A stretch of 64,000 bases of DNA from an uncultured virus (IMG/VR IMGVR_UViG_3300007734_000756) (IMGVR_UViG_3300007734_000756); one strand, 5' to 3'; positions 8,638 to 17,976 are shown, counted from the stretch's first letter. Numbers and translations are program-made. The notes: generated by a model not told the origin, from the letters alone.

Positions 8638-8708
8638 TGTTGTAGCACATCCCCGTACAGTCTCTACAAAGTCTGCTAGGTCAGTCTGTACGAGTTCAAT
8701 TCCTAGAT
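8638..8708 (-). ncRNA. Pseudoknotted cis-RNA downstream of the major capsid gene (Mu-gpT-DE-like by position)
   Basis: Three crossing pairings: 8676-8680/8702-8706, 8652-8660/8686-8694, 8641-8645/8664-8668. Confidence 0.55.
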
Positions 8709-8721
8709 AACCTGATCATAA

Positions 8722-8754
8722 AACAAAAAGGGGGGCTTTGACACCCCCCTTTTC
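8722..8754 (-). terminator. Intrinsic terminator after the major capsid gene
   Basis: AAAAGGGGGG-loop-CCCCCCTTTT hairpin with a T-tail on the minus strand. Confidence 0.75.
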
Positions 8755-8755
8755 T

Positions 8756-9664
8756 TTACGCGCCAGGCGAGCCGAACACGCCAAGCGGATCCGACCATCC
8801 GAAGCTGTAACGCTCACGGGCCTTGTAACGAACGTTGCCGGTGTCAAAATCACCGTCCATCGACGTTGCAAGAGGAGTGCGAACGAAATGCTTCAGGCCA
8901 TTCGGAACATCGGTGGTCAGGAACCAGGCGTCGGTATCGGTCAGGAAGTTGTTGACCGTATACCCTTCCGGGATCGAGCCGTTGTTCTTGATGGCATTGA
9001 TGTCGTTATCAGCGGTGCCGACACGGAGTTCCGTTTCGAGCAGTCGCGTGGCAACAAACATCAGGTTGGGCGGAACCACGAGCTTGCGCGGCTTGGCAGC
9101 AATCAGCAGACCACGCTCATCCGTCCACGCCGCAATCTGAATGACAGCCGCCTCAAGGGAGGTTTCATTCAAATCCGCCGGGGTCGAAGGTTCGTTGGAG
9201 TTGGTGCCACCGGACACAATCGGGTGAGCCGTCGAGAACAGTTCGACACCATCGCCACCTTTGTAGGTAGACGAGAAGCCGTTGTTCAGGATGGCCGCCG
9301 CTTTGGTCTGCTTGGTGTACGCCATAGCGCGAGCCAGCGCCTTGGTATAGCGCGACGACAGAGTGTCATAGAGGTTGTCCTCAATGGCCTCTTCCGTCAG
9401 GCTGAAACCCAGGGCGATGGTTTCGTGGTTATAGCGAGCCGTCCACGCCTCTTGGCCGTTATCGTAGGCAATCGCACTGCCTTCGTTCTTCACCGGAGCG
9501 GCGGAGAAGCCTGACAGTTTGGTTTCCTCTTCAAACGAACGCTCGGAGGTTTCCGTTTCAAAAATCTCCTTGTGCTGCTCGCCGTAGGTCTTGTACTCAA
9601 GACCAAACAAAGCGTTCAGGCCTGGGAGAAGCTCTTTCAATAGTTGTGCGCGTGAAATAGCCAT
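8756..9664 (-). CDS. Major capsid protein (Mu gpT-like family)
   Basis: MAISRAQLLKELLPGLNALFG...RYKARERYSFGWSDP; position downstream of portal and scaffold. Confidence 0.85.
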   Translation of the reverse strand: MAISRAQLLKELLPGLNALFGLEYKTYGEQHKEIFETETSERSFEEETKLSGFSAAPVKNEGSAIAYDNGQEAWTARYNHETIALGFSLTEEAIEDNLYDTLSSRYTKALARAMAYTKQTKAAAILNNGFSSTYKGGDGVELFSTAHPIVSGGTNSNEPSTPADLNETSLEAAVIQIAAWTDERGLLIAAKPRKLVVPPNLMFVATRLLETELRVGTADNDINAIKNNGSIPEGYTVNNFLTDTDAWFLTTDVPNGLKHFVRTPLATSMDGDFDTGNVRYKARERYSFGWSDPLGVFGSPGA

Positions 9665-9675
9665 TTGTTAGCTCC

Positions 9676-10275
9676 TTATACGCCAGTTGCGTTGTCATAC
9701 TGGTGCATACCGGCGTTCCACTTCACAATAACTTCAGTGTAGGAGCCAGGATAGCCAGCAATGGCCGTTTCGGGAACCACATCAATGACACGAACCGGGA
9801 AAGTGCTGGTCGTGGCAGTGGTGGAACTGACAGCAACTTTGGAGTTGCCATTGGTGGTGCTTCCCGCGTTTTGAACCAGCACTGCGTTGTTACCAACGGC
9901 GGTGCGGTTCACATAGCTAATAGTCGTCGTAGCCGACACCACAGCAACCTTAAACAGCGCGCTGGGATCGTCTTCAACATAAGCCATGATGTCAGAAGCA
10001 ACAGTGCTTGCCGGGTAATACTGACGAAACACCTTGCCAAACGTGGCGTCGGTGTACGAGCATCCCATGAAAACACCAACCGGGGTGGCGGCGTCAGTGC
10101 CAGTGTCTTTCGACAGAGTGCCATCGCTGCCCAGCTTTACCACATCACCAAAGAAGATGTTGGTGGCAGAACCGGAATTGATAGGAATCTGGCGAGTCGC
10201 ACCGGCAAACACCTGACCGCCGATCAAATTGATCGGAATCAGCCCGTAAGGGGCATCAACTGATGGGTAAGCCAT
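9676..10275 (-). CDS. Capsid cement / minor capsid protein
   Basis: DAPYGL.P, IFFGDVV motifs; immediately upstream of the capsid gene; AAGGAG RBS. Confidence 0.6.
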   Translation of the reverse strand: MAYPSVDAPYGLIPINLIGGQVFAGATRQIPINSGSATNIFFGDVVKLGSDGTLSKDTGTDAATPVGVFMGCSYTDATFGKVFRQYYPASTVASDIMAYVEDDPSALFKVAVVSATTTISYVNRTAVGNNAVLVQNAGSTTNGNSKVAVSSTTATTSTFPVRVIDVVPETAIAGYPGSYTEVIVKWNAGMHQYDNATGV

Positions 10276-10291
10276 TTAAGGACTCCTTGGA

Positions 10292-10741
10292 TTAACGACC
10301 TTGACCAAACGATGTCGTAGATTTCTTCTCTTTGAACAGAGGCATCCGGGCATCGCTTTCTCTCATGAAATTGTTGTCTACAGCGTCCATGTTGTCCTTG
10401 GCAACCTTAGCGTAATACGCTGCGCGTTGTTCCACGAACTCTTCTGGCATTTTGCAGAGCAACAAACCTGCAATTTCTACGTTGTCTTTGAAGCGACTAT
10501 TGGGATCAACAAGCATTTGAAACTGAGGCTGTTCTTCAACACGAACAGGCTCCCAGCCTTCTCGGAACTTGGCGGATACGTTTTTGGCATCGCTTTGTCC
10601 AAGTGCTGCAATCCTAATCCACCGATACTGGTATCCAGGCTGCCTATCCGGCTGCGGAAGCGTTTCGGGACGATTCCACTGCTTGGGCCGCTCAGATGCG
10701 CTTCGATTTTGAATTTCGCGTGCAAGTCTATTTTCAGCCAT
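10292..10741 (-). CDS. Conserved head-module protein
   Basis: YRWIR...REGWEPV...GLLLCK motifs. Confidence 0.7.
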   Translation of the reverse strand: MAENRLAREIQNRSASERPKQWNRPETLPQPDRQPGYQYRWIRIAALGQSDAKNVSAKFREGWEPVRVEEQPQFQMLVDPNSRFKDNVEIAGLLLCKMPEEFVEQRAAYYAKVAKDNMDAVDNNFMRESDARMPLFKEKKSTTSFGQGR

Positions 10742-11678
10742 TTTGGCTCTCCAGTTTTAACACTTCACGAGCATAGCGTTCAGGCGTGATGCCAAACTTC
10801 TTGGCTAATCTCACCTGCGTTTCTGTCAACACAACCTTTTTGGGGGCCGTGCTTCGTGATGCCGGAGCAACCACGGTGGCAGGTTTGCTTGCGCCTCGAC
10901 TGGGCTTGCCGCCCCCAGTCTGCGTATCTGGGAACTCTTCCGGGAACCTGTCGCGCATTGTTTTGTCAATACGCGCATAGTATTCGTCGGTTGTTGCATA
11001 GGCTTGCCCATGCTGTTCCACTAAGTCTTCGTGCAGTCCAAGCGCCAGCGCTGTCATCGGACGGTTTTTCCCAAACCACTGATTTCGCTCTTGCCACGAA
11101 ACCGCTTTGGAATCCCGTTGAATAACTGGTTTGTCCTGCTCAAGTTGCGTATTTACCTCAGACTCGGGTTTTTGTAAAGGGGTTTTAATCCTTTCCGCCT
11201 GAGCGGCCTTCATTTGCGCGGAGTTTAGCGCCTGTTGCGCCTCTAATACGCGGTCTGAGTCTCCTGACTCAAATGCTTCTTTATAAGCAGACTGAGCGTC
11301 TTTGAGCTGCCTGGCCGCTTGTTCTTTGAACGTTGCAATCAGTGCAGTTTCAGAGTGCGTTGTCTTGGCTTTCAGCTTTTGATTCTCTTCAATCAACCGC
11401 TTGGCCGCACCAATTGCTTCTTGGCGCTCTCGATCCGCTTCTTCCTTGGCGCGGCGCTCGTCATGCCACGCTTTTTTCATCTGCTTTAGGCGGATTTTGA
11501 CCTTTTCCGAGTAGTCCTCTAAGTCATCATCCTCAAGTTCCTTCACCAAGTCTTCTGGGAGGGGTTCGCGTCCACGATCTTCTTCTGGCGTGTCATCTTG
11601 AACAGCCACTTCAATGACATCATCATCAATGTCAACGGCAACTTCGTTGTCCTTCTTGGGTACGGTAGACATAACCAC
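10734..11678 (-). CDS. Putative scaffolding protein
   Basis: Acidic N-terminus, coiled coil, WQERNQWFG, C-terminal AKKFGITPERYA. Confidence 0.6.
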   Translation of the reverse strand: MVMSTVPKKDNEVAVDIDDDVIEVAVQDDTPEEDRGREPLPEDLVKELEDDDLEDYSEKVKIRLKQMKKAWHDERRAKEEADRERQEAIGAAKRLIEENQKLKAKTTHSETALIATFKEQAARQLKDAQSAYKEAFESGDSDRVLEAQQALNSAQMKAAQAERIKTPLQKPESEVNTQLEQDKPVIQRDSKAVSWQERNQWFGKNRPMTALALGLHEDLVEQHGQAYATTDEYYARIDKTMRDRFPEEFPDTQTGGGKPSRGASKPATVVAPASRSTAPKKVVLTETQVRLAKKFGITPERYAREVLKLESQNG

Positions 11679-11680
11679 TC

Positions 11681-12088
11681 CTATTTGCGAGATATGCCGC
11701 GAGGATCTTCTACAACCCCCTCGACGCTATCGTCGTTGATGATTCGGAACTCCCGGCCATGGATCTTCAGTCTTGATCCGGCGTGGGGCCGGACAAGAAC
11801 GAAGTCCCCTTCTTTGCACCAAGGGCCACTTGGAAAACGGGACGGGTCTTTGTAGCAATCGGGGCCGAGCTTGACGACAAACAGCACCGTCGTTAGCAGC
11901 TCCTCATGCAACATTGTGATGTCGGCTTTGATGATGCCGTTATCAAATGAGTCTTCGATCTCTGGAATAGCGCAAAGGATGCGATAGCCCGATGGATCTG
12001 GCAGCTGTCTTGCCTTTTGTTCTGCGGTGTCAGGCAGTACCGTTGTTGCTCCTGGGTCATCGGGGTTTGTGCCGATCAGGATAGTCAT
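11681..12088 (-). CDS. groES: Co-chaperonin GroES-like protein
   Basis: PSGYRIL...GII...VVKLGP...GDFVL...FRIINDDSVEGVV. Confidence 0.85.
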   Translation of the reverse strand: MTILIGTNPDDPGATTVLPDTAEQKARQLPDPSGYRILCAIPEIEDSFDNGIIKADITMLHEELLTTVLFVVKLGPDCYKDPSRFPSGPWCKEGDFVLVRPHAGSRLKIHGREFRIINDDSVEGVVEDPRGISRK

Positions 12089-12276
12089 TCGATTTCCTCG
12101 TATCGTTCTGCTGTGTCAGCAATGATTGAGTTGGCAATCATCAACCCGCGAATCATCCCTACCGCGTGTTTGTAATCACCAAAGTCTTTAGCCTTACCTA
12201 ATGTCAAATCGTCTGAAATGACTTGCACCTCCTCTTGTAGTTTCTTGGACAACATCTTCAACACATCAACGCTCAT
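12085..12276 (-). CDS. Hypothetical protein
   Basis: ATGA-coupled between portal and groES. Confidence 0.7.
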   Translation of the reverse strand: MSVDVLKMLSKKLQEEVQVISDDLTLGKAKDFGDYKHAVGMIRGLMIANSIIADTAERYEEIE

Positions 12277-14741
12277 TGACCTCTCCTCATAGATGCACCG
12301 ATCTTCATGCCTTCAATCTGTTCTTTTGCGGCAAGCTCATCTTTGGATTTTTGGATCTCAAAGCCGAGCTTCATCCCTTCAATCTCTTCTGCCGATTGAA
12401 GTTTTTCCATGTCCATTTGTTGTTTGGTTTGAATGGCCGCCATGGCTGCGCGCTCTTGTGATGCGACGCGCTCCTGTTCAATCTGCAACTGCTGCATCCG
12501 CATCTGAGCGTCTTGCTGATCCTTTTGCGCTTTCCTTTGAACGTCTTGCGCTTTGATCTGCAATTCTTGCATCTGCATCTGGATGATTGGATCTTGTGCT
12601 TGTTGTTGCGCCTGTTGCTGCTGAGCGTTAGCCTGGTTTTGCATCAAAAGCTGCTGAGAGGCTTGCGCCACCATCCGTGACAGCGCGGCTTCAAACTCCT
12701 CGGGCAACGGTTCCTCTGCGTCCGGGGGAGGTAGTGCCGCACCCACCTGTTGCTCGATCATGTTGCGATACAAGAATGCGTAGTGCTCTGCAATATGAGC
12801 TTGTAACGCCGCCATCATTTGTTGCGCTTGCGGATTTTGGCCAATCATTTGCGCTGTCATGGGGTCTTGCATAAATGACTGGTGCGTGGTGACGTGCGCC
12901 TGGTGATCCTGATACGCAAATGCCTTCAATGGCTTCATCCTCACCACATCCATATTCTCTGTGATGGGGTCTTTGGGTTTGTTGTCTTCTTCTAGCTTGA
13001 CGAGCTTGGATGCGTTTTTGATCCCCAACACCTCAAGCATTTGTCTATGCAACTGTGCCAAGTCATAGAGCTGCGGAGCAGACGCCGCTAGTTGCAAGGC
13101 AGCCTGGTATTGCACAACCTTCTGGCTCATGGTGGCTGCGTTGGGATCAGACACCGGAATGACATCTACCCGGTCATAGTCCGATCTTTTAGCGCGCCTA
13201 TCGCCATCCTCAGGTTGATAGTTATATTCTTCTGGGGTGTAGTCCCTGATAATCCCTTTGAGTAACTTGAACTCCTGCCGCATGGAGTAGTGGATCCGGG
13301 CTTGAACGGCGCTCATGATCTTGAGCGTTCTCTCCAAGATGGCCAGCGTTGTGCCCACAGGAGATTGCGCAGACATATCACTGATCTTTAAGTCCGCAGC
13401 CGACGCAAATCGTCTGCCTTCATCAATGATCTTGTCCATCAATCCAGCCAACACCTGGCTTGGCTCCTTATAGGGGAGCGCCATGATGTTGTCTTTAATT
13501 GTCCCGGAGGCTACGTCTACATCCCTGAACTCCGCCGGCGCAATGGGGGTGTCGTCACCTTTGACCCGAAGACCTTTGGTCTTAAACCCGCCTGGAAGAT
13601 TGGAAAGCGTCCCCGCATCTACCAGCTGGCGGATCAAGGATGTCCCTGCTTTGGAGTACGCGCCAATAAGATGGATCAATCCAAAGCAATAGAACCCAAA
13701 CCCAGGAACGTAGCCGTAGTGGACAAAGTGCTGACGCTTTAATTTCAGATCGTCGTCTTCGTTCCAGTTCCGCCTAATGGACAAAATAGATGAACTGTGT
13801 TTCTCAATCGTGACCACATACGGCAAACCAATGCCTGTTTGCTCGCCATCAACCTCGTCTTCGTAACCCGGCAGGTCTAAGGTGACGTGCATCTCCAATA
13901 TCTTGTAGCGGTCGTCGCTACTTGCACGAAAACCCATTCGTTCGGCAATTTTCTTCTCAACATCATCAAACGTATCAGTTGGCTCACCTAAGTCTATGTC
14001 TCTATAGAACCCGCTGACCTGTAGCTTGCGCATCTCATTTTCAGTCTTCCTCATCACATGGGTGACGCGCTCTGCGGTTTCCAGGCTAGATGCCCCATAC
14101 GGAACAACAATATCTTCCGCCGGTACAAAAATAGCCACTTGCCGACCAAGACTTGGGTCGTAGTAGACCTTCTTAAACGCATTGCCCGCCAGGCCTAGAC
14201 CCCACAAAAGTCGTTCATGTTCTGGCCGATATTCGGGCATTTTTTCGGTTAGTTGATAGTTCATGTCCTCCTTAACGCGAGTTGCCGCGTCGCGGGTTTC
14301 GCTATCTTCTTTACCAATCACCTGTGTCTTAACCGGGCCTTGAGCGGGAAAAGTCTCCATGATGGTTTCAGACTGAAACTTAACTAGCGCCTCTGCCAGT
14401 AAGGGGTGATACACCCCGCACGCACCCGGCCAGGGCTCTGTCCTGTCTTCAAGTTTCATCCCTAACAACTGAATCCCATCTACATACGTCTGAATCCAGT
14501 CCTTCCTACTATCTACATCTGACTGATAGTCCGCCAAAAGATCCGATGCAAGACCTGCCAAGGTGTCGCTTGGCATACTCTCAGCCAGGTTCTCAGAAAA
14601 GTCTTCCTCAACTTCAAAATCCAGCTCTATCCCATTGATAGATACCGACTCGGGATCCACAATTTCAATCTCTATCGGCTCGCCTTCCTCTAACACCGCC
14701 AAACCCATAGGGGCTTGATTGATTGCTTTGTCAATGTCCAT
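12273..14741 (-). CDS. Portal protein
   Basis: 822 aa directly downstream of terL; Q-rich coiled-coil C-terminus typical of P22-like portals. Confidence 0.8.
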   Translation of the reverse strand: MDIDKAINQAPMGLAVLEEGEPIEIEIVDPESVSINGIELDFEVEEDFSENLAESMPSDTLAGLASDLLADYQSDVDSRKDWIQTYVDGIQLLGMKLEDRTEPWPGACGVYHPLLAEALVKFQSETIMETFPAQGPVKTQVIGKEDSETRDAATRVKEDMNYQLTEKMPEYRPEHERLLWGLGLAGNAFKKVYYDPSLGRQVAIFVPAEDIVVPYGASSLETAERVTHVMRKTENEMRKLQVSGFYRDIDLGEPTDTFDDVEKKIAERMGFRASSDDRYKILEMHVTLDLPGYEDEVDGEQTGIGLPYVVTIEKHSSSILSIRRNWNEDDDLKLKRQHFVHYGYVPGFGFYCFGLIHLIGAYSKAGTSLIRQLVDAGTLSNLPGGFKTKGLRVKGDDTPIAPAEFRDVDVASGTIKDNIMALPYKEPSQVLAGLMDKIIDEGRRFASAADLKISDMSAQSPVGTTLAILERTLKIMSAVQARIHYSMRQEFKLLKGIIRDYTPEEYNYQPEDGDRRAKRSDYDRVDVIPVSDPNAATMSQKVVQYQAALQLAASAPQLYDLAQLHRQMLEVLGIKNASKLVKLEEDNKPKDPITENMDVVRMKPLKAFAYQDHQAHVTTHQSFMQDPMTAQMIGQNPQAQQMMAALQAHIAEHYAFLYRNMIEQQVGAALPPPDAEEPLPEEFEAALSRMVAQASQQLLMQNQANAQQQQAQQQAQDPIIQMQMQELQIKAQDVQRKAQKDQQDAQMRMQQLQIEQERVASQERAAMAAIQTKQQMDMEKLQSAEEIEGMKLGFEIQKSKDELAAKEQIEGMKIGASMRRGQ

Positions 14742-14749
14742 GTTGATCC

Positions 14750-16285
14750 TTAGTAGTAAACGGGCTTTCTTCGGAAAGGCTTCGTATCTTCTTCTTCATC
14801 TAAGTCCGCCGTGACGTAGCCGCCTTTTCGGAAACGCATCAATGCTAGTGAAACTGTGTCCACATAGTCATCATTTTCCCCAGATGGAAAAGAGGCAACT
14901 TCGTCAATCACTTCTTCAGCCCAATGCGCGTTAGGCGCCCAGACTCTTCCTGATGCAAAGAGGTCGGACACCGCGTTCAGTCTCGTGATCTTATCGTTAC
15001 CCCGCACGGGGGTAAATTCCTGCACCGGAATGCCCATGGCCCGGAGCTCGTAAATCAATGGTGCTCCAGATGCCTTTTTCTCAATGATTGTGCTGTCCGG
15101 CTCCCAGTCTTTGGTCAACCGCAACACCATTTTCTTCAGTTCCGGGAACTCCACCCTGTCTCGTACAGCATTCAACAAGATGATATTGGCCCTCTCTTCC
15201 CCGTATTCGTTGGGATGGTTGAACACCCCCCATATCGTACAGGCCGAGTAGTCTGCCCTGTTGGATTTCTCAAACGCGGTATCCCATGCCATCAGGGTAA
15301 AGTGACAATAAGGGGGGTCATCCGCCTCCCATATCTTCCACCACTCTCTTTTTACTAACGCTGCGCTCTCAGAAGTGGGACTTTGTTGATACTGAGCTTG
15401 CCATTTCGAGTTCGGGAGCTCCGCTTTAAGCGCCAAAAGCTCGTTTAATGACCAAAACTCCGGCCACAAAGGCTTGTCTGAGGGCAAAATCGCAGGAAAC
15501 TCAATCAGTTCCCACTCATCTCCCCCTCTTTGCACCGAATCCTTCATCACTCGACCCGTCAGATCACGCTTTGACCATCGAGTCATCACCACTACGATAG
15601 AAGCACCAGGTTGCAACCTCTGCCTTGGCCCCGACGTATACCACTCATACACCGTATCAAAGATACTCGGGTCGCTTTCCGCCAGCTTCGCCTGTTGTTC
15701 TGAATGCGGATCGTCAATGATCAACAAATCCGCACCTTTCCCCGTAACCGTACCCCCTACCCCAATAGCAAAATACTCCCCGTTGGCATTCGTAGACCAC
15801 CGTCCAGCCGCCTTAGAGTCATGCCTTAACGCGACATTTGGGAACACCTTGGCATAGGTGTCACTATCGACCAAATTACGCACTTTCCGACCAAATCCGA
15901 CAGCAAGTTCTGCCGTATTGGATGACTGGATGATCTTCTTATGGGGAAATTTGCCCAAAAACCACGCCGGCAAAAGATAACTGGCAAACTCAGACTTGGT
16001 GTGCCGGGGAGGCATATTGATAATCAACCGCTTCAACTCCCCCTTCGCTACCCTCTCAAACGCATCCGCCATGATTTCATGATGCCGGCCACCTATAAAA
16101 CTAGGCCACATCAACTTCACAAACTCCATAAACTTCTGCTGCCCACGATCCCGGCTAATCGCCTTCTTATACTCATCCGCAATCTGAGCTAAATGCTCCC
16201 TCTGCCCAACAGGCAACTTCTCTAACACCCTCTCCAACTGGGTGTCACTCATCTTCCCCAATACATCTAACAACTCATCACTCAA
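14750..16285 (-). CDS. terL: Terminase large subunit
   Basis: MPPRHTKS (Walker A-like), LLIIDDP (Walker B), nuclease WDTA and DDYVD. Confidence 0.95.
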   Translation of the reverse strand: MSDELLDVLGKMSDTQLERVLEKLPVGQREHLAQIADEYKKAISRDRGQQKFMEFVKLMWPSFIGGRHHEIMADAFERVAKGELKRLIINMPPRHTKSEFASYLLPAWFLGKFPHKKIIQSSNTAELAVGFGRKVRNLVDSDTYAKVFPNVALRHDSKAAGRWSTNANGEYFAIGVGGTVTGKGADLLIIDDPHSEQQAKLAESDPSIFDTVYEWYTSGPRQRLQPGASIVVVMTRWSKRDLTGRVMKDSVQRGGDEWELIEFPAILPSDKPLWPEFWSLNELLALKAELPNSKWQAQYQQSPTSESAALVKREWWKIWEADDPPYCHFTLMAWDTAFEKSNRADYSACTIWGVFNHPNEYGEERANIILLNAVRDRVEFPELKKMVLRLTKDWEPDSTIIEKKASGAPLIYELRAMGIPVQEFTPVRGNDKITRLNAVSDLFASGRVWAPNAHWAEEVIDEVASFPSGENDDYVDTVSLALMRFRKGGYVTADLDEEEDTKPFRRKPVYY

Positions 16286-16502
16286 TCTCTCTCACCCTCA
16301 AATACGCCGGCCGAATCGACCTCGGCCTATTAGGCAAGCCCTTACATATCCCCAACTCCACTAACGTCCTCATCTTCCTATTCACATTCCCCCTCCCCCT
16401 ATCCCCCGTAATCCTCATCACATCATCTATCGTCGGCCCAAACCCAAACTTCTTCCACCACTCATCTATCACCAAAAATATCTCCTTCTGCGCCGGCGTC
16501 AT
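16278..16502 (-). CDS. LexA-type winged-helix DNA-binding protein (DNA-binding domain only)
   Basis: MTPAQKEIFLVI...GFGPTIDDV...LVELG...RSIR resembles LexA N-terminal domain; no peptidase domain. Confidence 0.7.
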   Translation of the reverse strand: MTPAQKEIFLVIDEWWKKFGFGPTIDDVMRITGDRGRGNVNRKMRTLVELGICKGLPNRPRSIRPAYLRVREIE

Positions 16503-16608
16503 TTCTATACCCCCCCTACCCCTTTTTTTCCTCACGACCCCACGGGGGGTCTTCCCAATAGCCACCATCTATCAACTCCCAACTTTTCATAGCCCCACCC
16601 CCCCCCAT

Positions 16609-16702
16609 TAGGGTTTTCCCGAATAAGGGTAACACCTGTTACCCTCGTTAGGGTTTACCCTAATTACCGTAACACCTGTTACCCTACCTAGGGTTTACCC
16701 GT
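16609..16702. repeat. 40-bp tandem array of two alternating palindromes
   Basis: TAGGGTTT(A/T)CCC at 16609, 16649, 16689; GTAACACCTGTTAC at 16629, 16669. Confidence 0.9.
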
Positions 16703-17482
16703 AGAGGACACAACGTTTGGTTCCGACGCGGATTCGACGGGTGGGCGCGTGGATTGACGGGGTGATCCGATGTGTGGATTACTAAGCATAGCGGGGGCGC
16801 TCGGGCCCGGCTGCGCGGGGGGTGCCGCCCCGGTGGGGTCGCCGCTCGCCCCGTCGTCGCCCCGTCCGGGGTCAGCTGCCATCACCGCATCGGTAACGCT
16901 GTTACCATCGGCGTCGGCAATCTGGTGCCGTTTGCGGTCACGGCCAGGATGCGAGACAATTTCCGCGTCCATCGAAGTCTGCCGCAGCGCATCGCGCAGT
17001 GATTCGAGCAGCGCCGCCCTGGCCCCAGCTGCATCGATTGCCTGAACAATTTCCCGCCGTTCCGTGAATGCGGCAATCTCGGTCACCTTGCCTAGCAGCT
17101 CAAGCGCGCGGAGTCTCTGAGCGGGTGGCACGTCCTGGCTGAGTGCGTGCTCGGTGAGTTGCTGGATGACAAGTGAGCGCAGAGCAGCGGGTGTTGCGTG
17201 CCTCGCCGCCTCTCCCGCCAGCTGTAGCGCCTCGATTTGCGCGGCGATCTTGGGGTCAGTTTTCAGCCGGTGCGCTTGGTGCCCGACGTGAATCGGTGCT
17301 GCGCTCGTGTCGTAAACCTCCCTGTAGACCTTAGCTGCCGGTTTACCCATTGCCACCCCTTCGGCGAATTTCCTTTGTTTCGCTGTTAGCTTGGTTTCCT
17401 TCGCAGCTGCCGCACCGAGTAACAGAACATCTACCGGGACAGCTTGCAATCCTTCCTTCACTGCTTTCCTGCTGAGTTTCAT
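16688..17482 (-). CDS. terS: Putative terminase small subunit
   Basis: LTAKQRKFAE..A.G HTH-like segment and RLRALELLGK motif; upstream of terL; start uncertain. Confidence 0.65.
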   Translation of the reverse strand: MKLSRKAVKEGLQAVPVDVLLLGAAAAKETKLTAKQRKFAEGVAMGKPAAKVYREVYDTSAAPIHVGHQAHRLKTDPKIAAQIEALQLAGEAARHATPAALRSLVIQQLTEHALSQDVPPAQRLRALELLGKVTEIAAFTERREIVQAIDAAGARAALLESLRDALRQTSMDAEIVSHPGRDRKRHQIADADGNSVTDAVMAADPGRGDDGASGDPTGAAPPAQPGPSAPAMLSNPHIGSPRQSTRPPVESASEPNVVSSTGKP

Positions 17483-17602
17483 TGACGGGTATTTGATAGG
17501 TATTGTCGATTGGCGCATCGTATCCGATAGCTTCCCTTCCCTGCAAGCCTGCTTGCCTTCGGCATTAGGGTTTTCCTGATCCCTTGCGCGCGACTAGACC
17601 GC

Positions 17603-17632
17603 TTGACAGTCAATCTCGAAACCCTCTAGCAT
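17603..17632 (+). promoter_or_regulatory. Sigma70-type early promoter
   Basis: TTGACA-18-TAGCAT ahead of the plus-strand early cassette. Confidence 0.65.
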
Positions 17633-17676
17633 TGCAACACATGACAGCACCCCGTTGTCATCTGATGAGGGAAACC

Positions 17677-17976
17677 ATGCACAACACACAACCTACTTCC
17701 ATCCCCTTGCGGGGGGATGATGCCGCCTGCACTCCCGACCTGTTCCCGGACGCTGAACCGTCGCCGCGTTGGGTTCCTGCGATGAAGCACTCCGGCAGAG
17801 CATGGGCTTGGCACCACACGGGCACCGATCTGCTCGTGCGCCACTGCGGACACCCGACCGCGCTGCGGCCCTACTACGTCGATGGGTTGCTGTCCGAGCT
17901 CGGAACCTTCCGACACTTGAAGGATGCTCAAGCTGCCGCCTTGCATCACCACGCCCGCATGGAGTCTGCACGATGA
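17677..17976 (+). CDS. Early hypothetical protein
   Basis: GAGG RBS; HCGHPTALRPYY motif. Confidence 0.6.
   Translation: MHNTQPTSIPLRGDDAACTPDLFPDAEPSPRWVPAMKHSGRAWAWHHTGTDLLVRHCGHPTALRPYYVDGLLSELGTFRHLKDAQAAALHHHARMESAR

Noticed and set aside
8638..8708. Hammerhead ribozyme
   Set aside because: Has CUGA but lacks the CUGANGA core and a correctly placed GAAA
16629..16642. Palindrome as a cyanobacterial NtcA site (GTA-N8-TAC)
   Set aside because: The 14-mer fits formally, but 13-bp variants do not, most copies are intragenic, and nothing points to a cyanobacterial host
16609..16702. Mini-CRISPR array
   Set aside because: Variable segments are only 6-8 nt between two alternating palindromes; no spacer-length sequences and no cas genes
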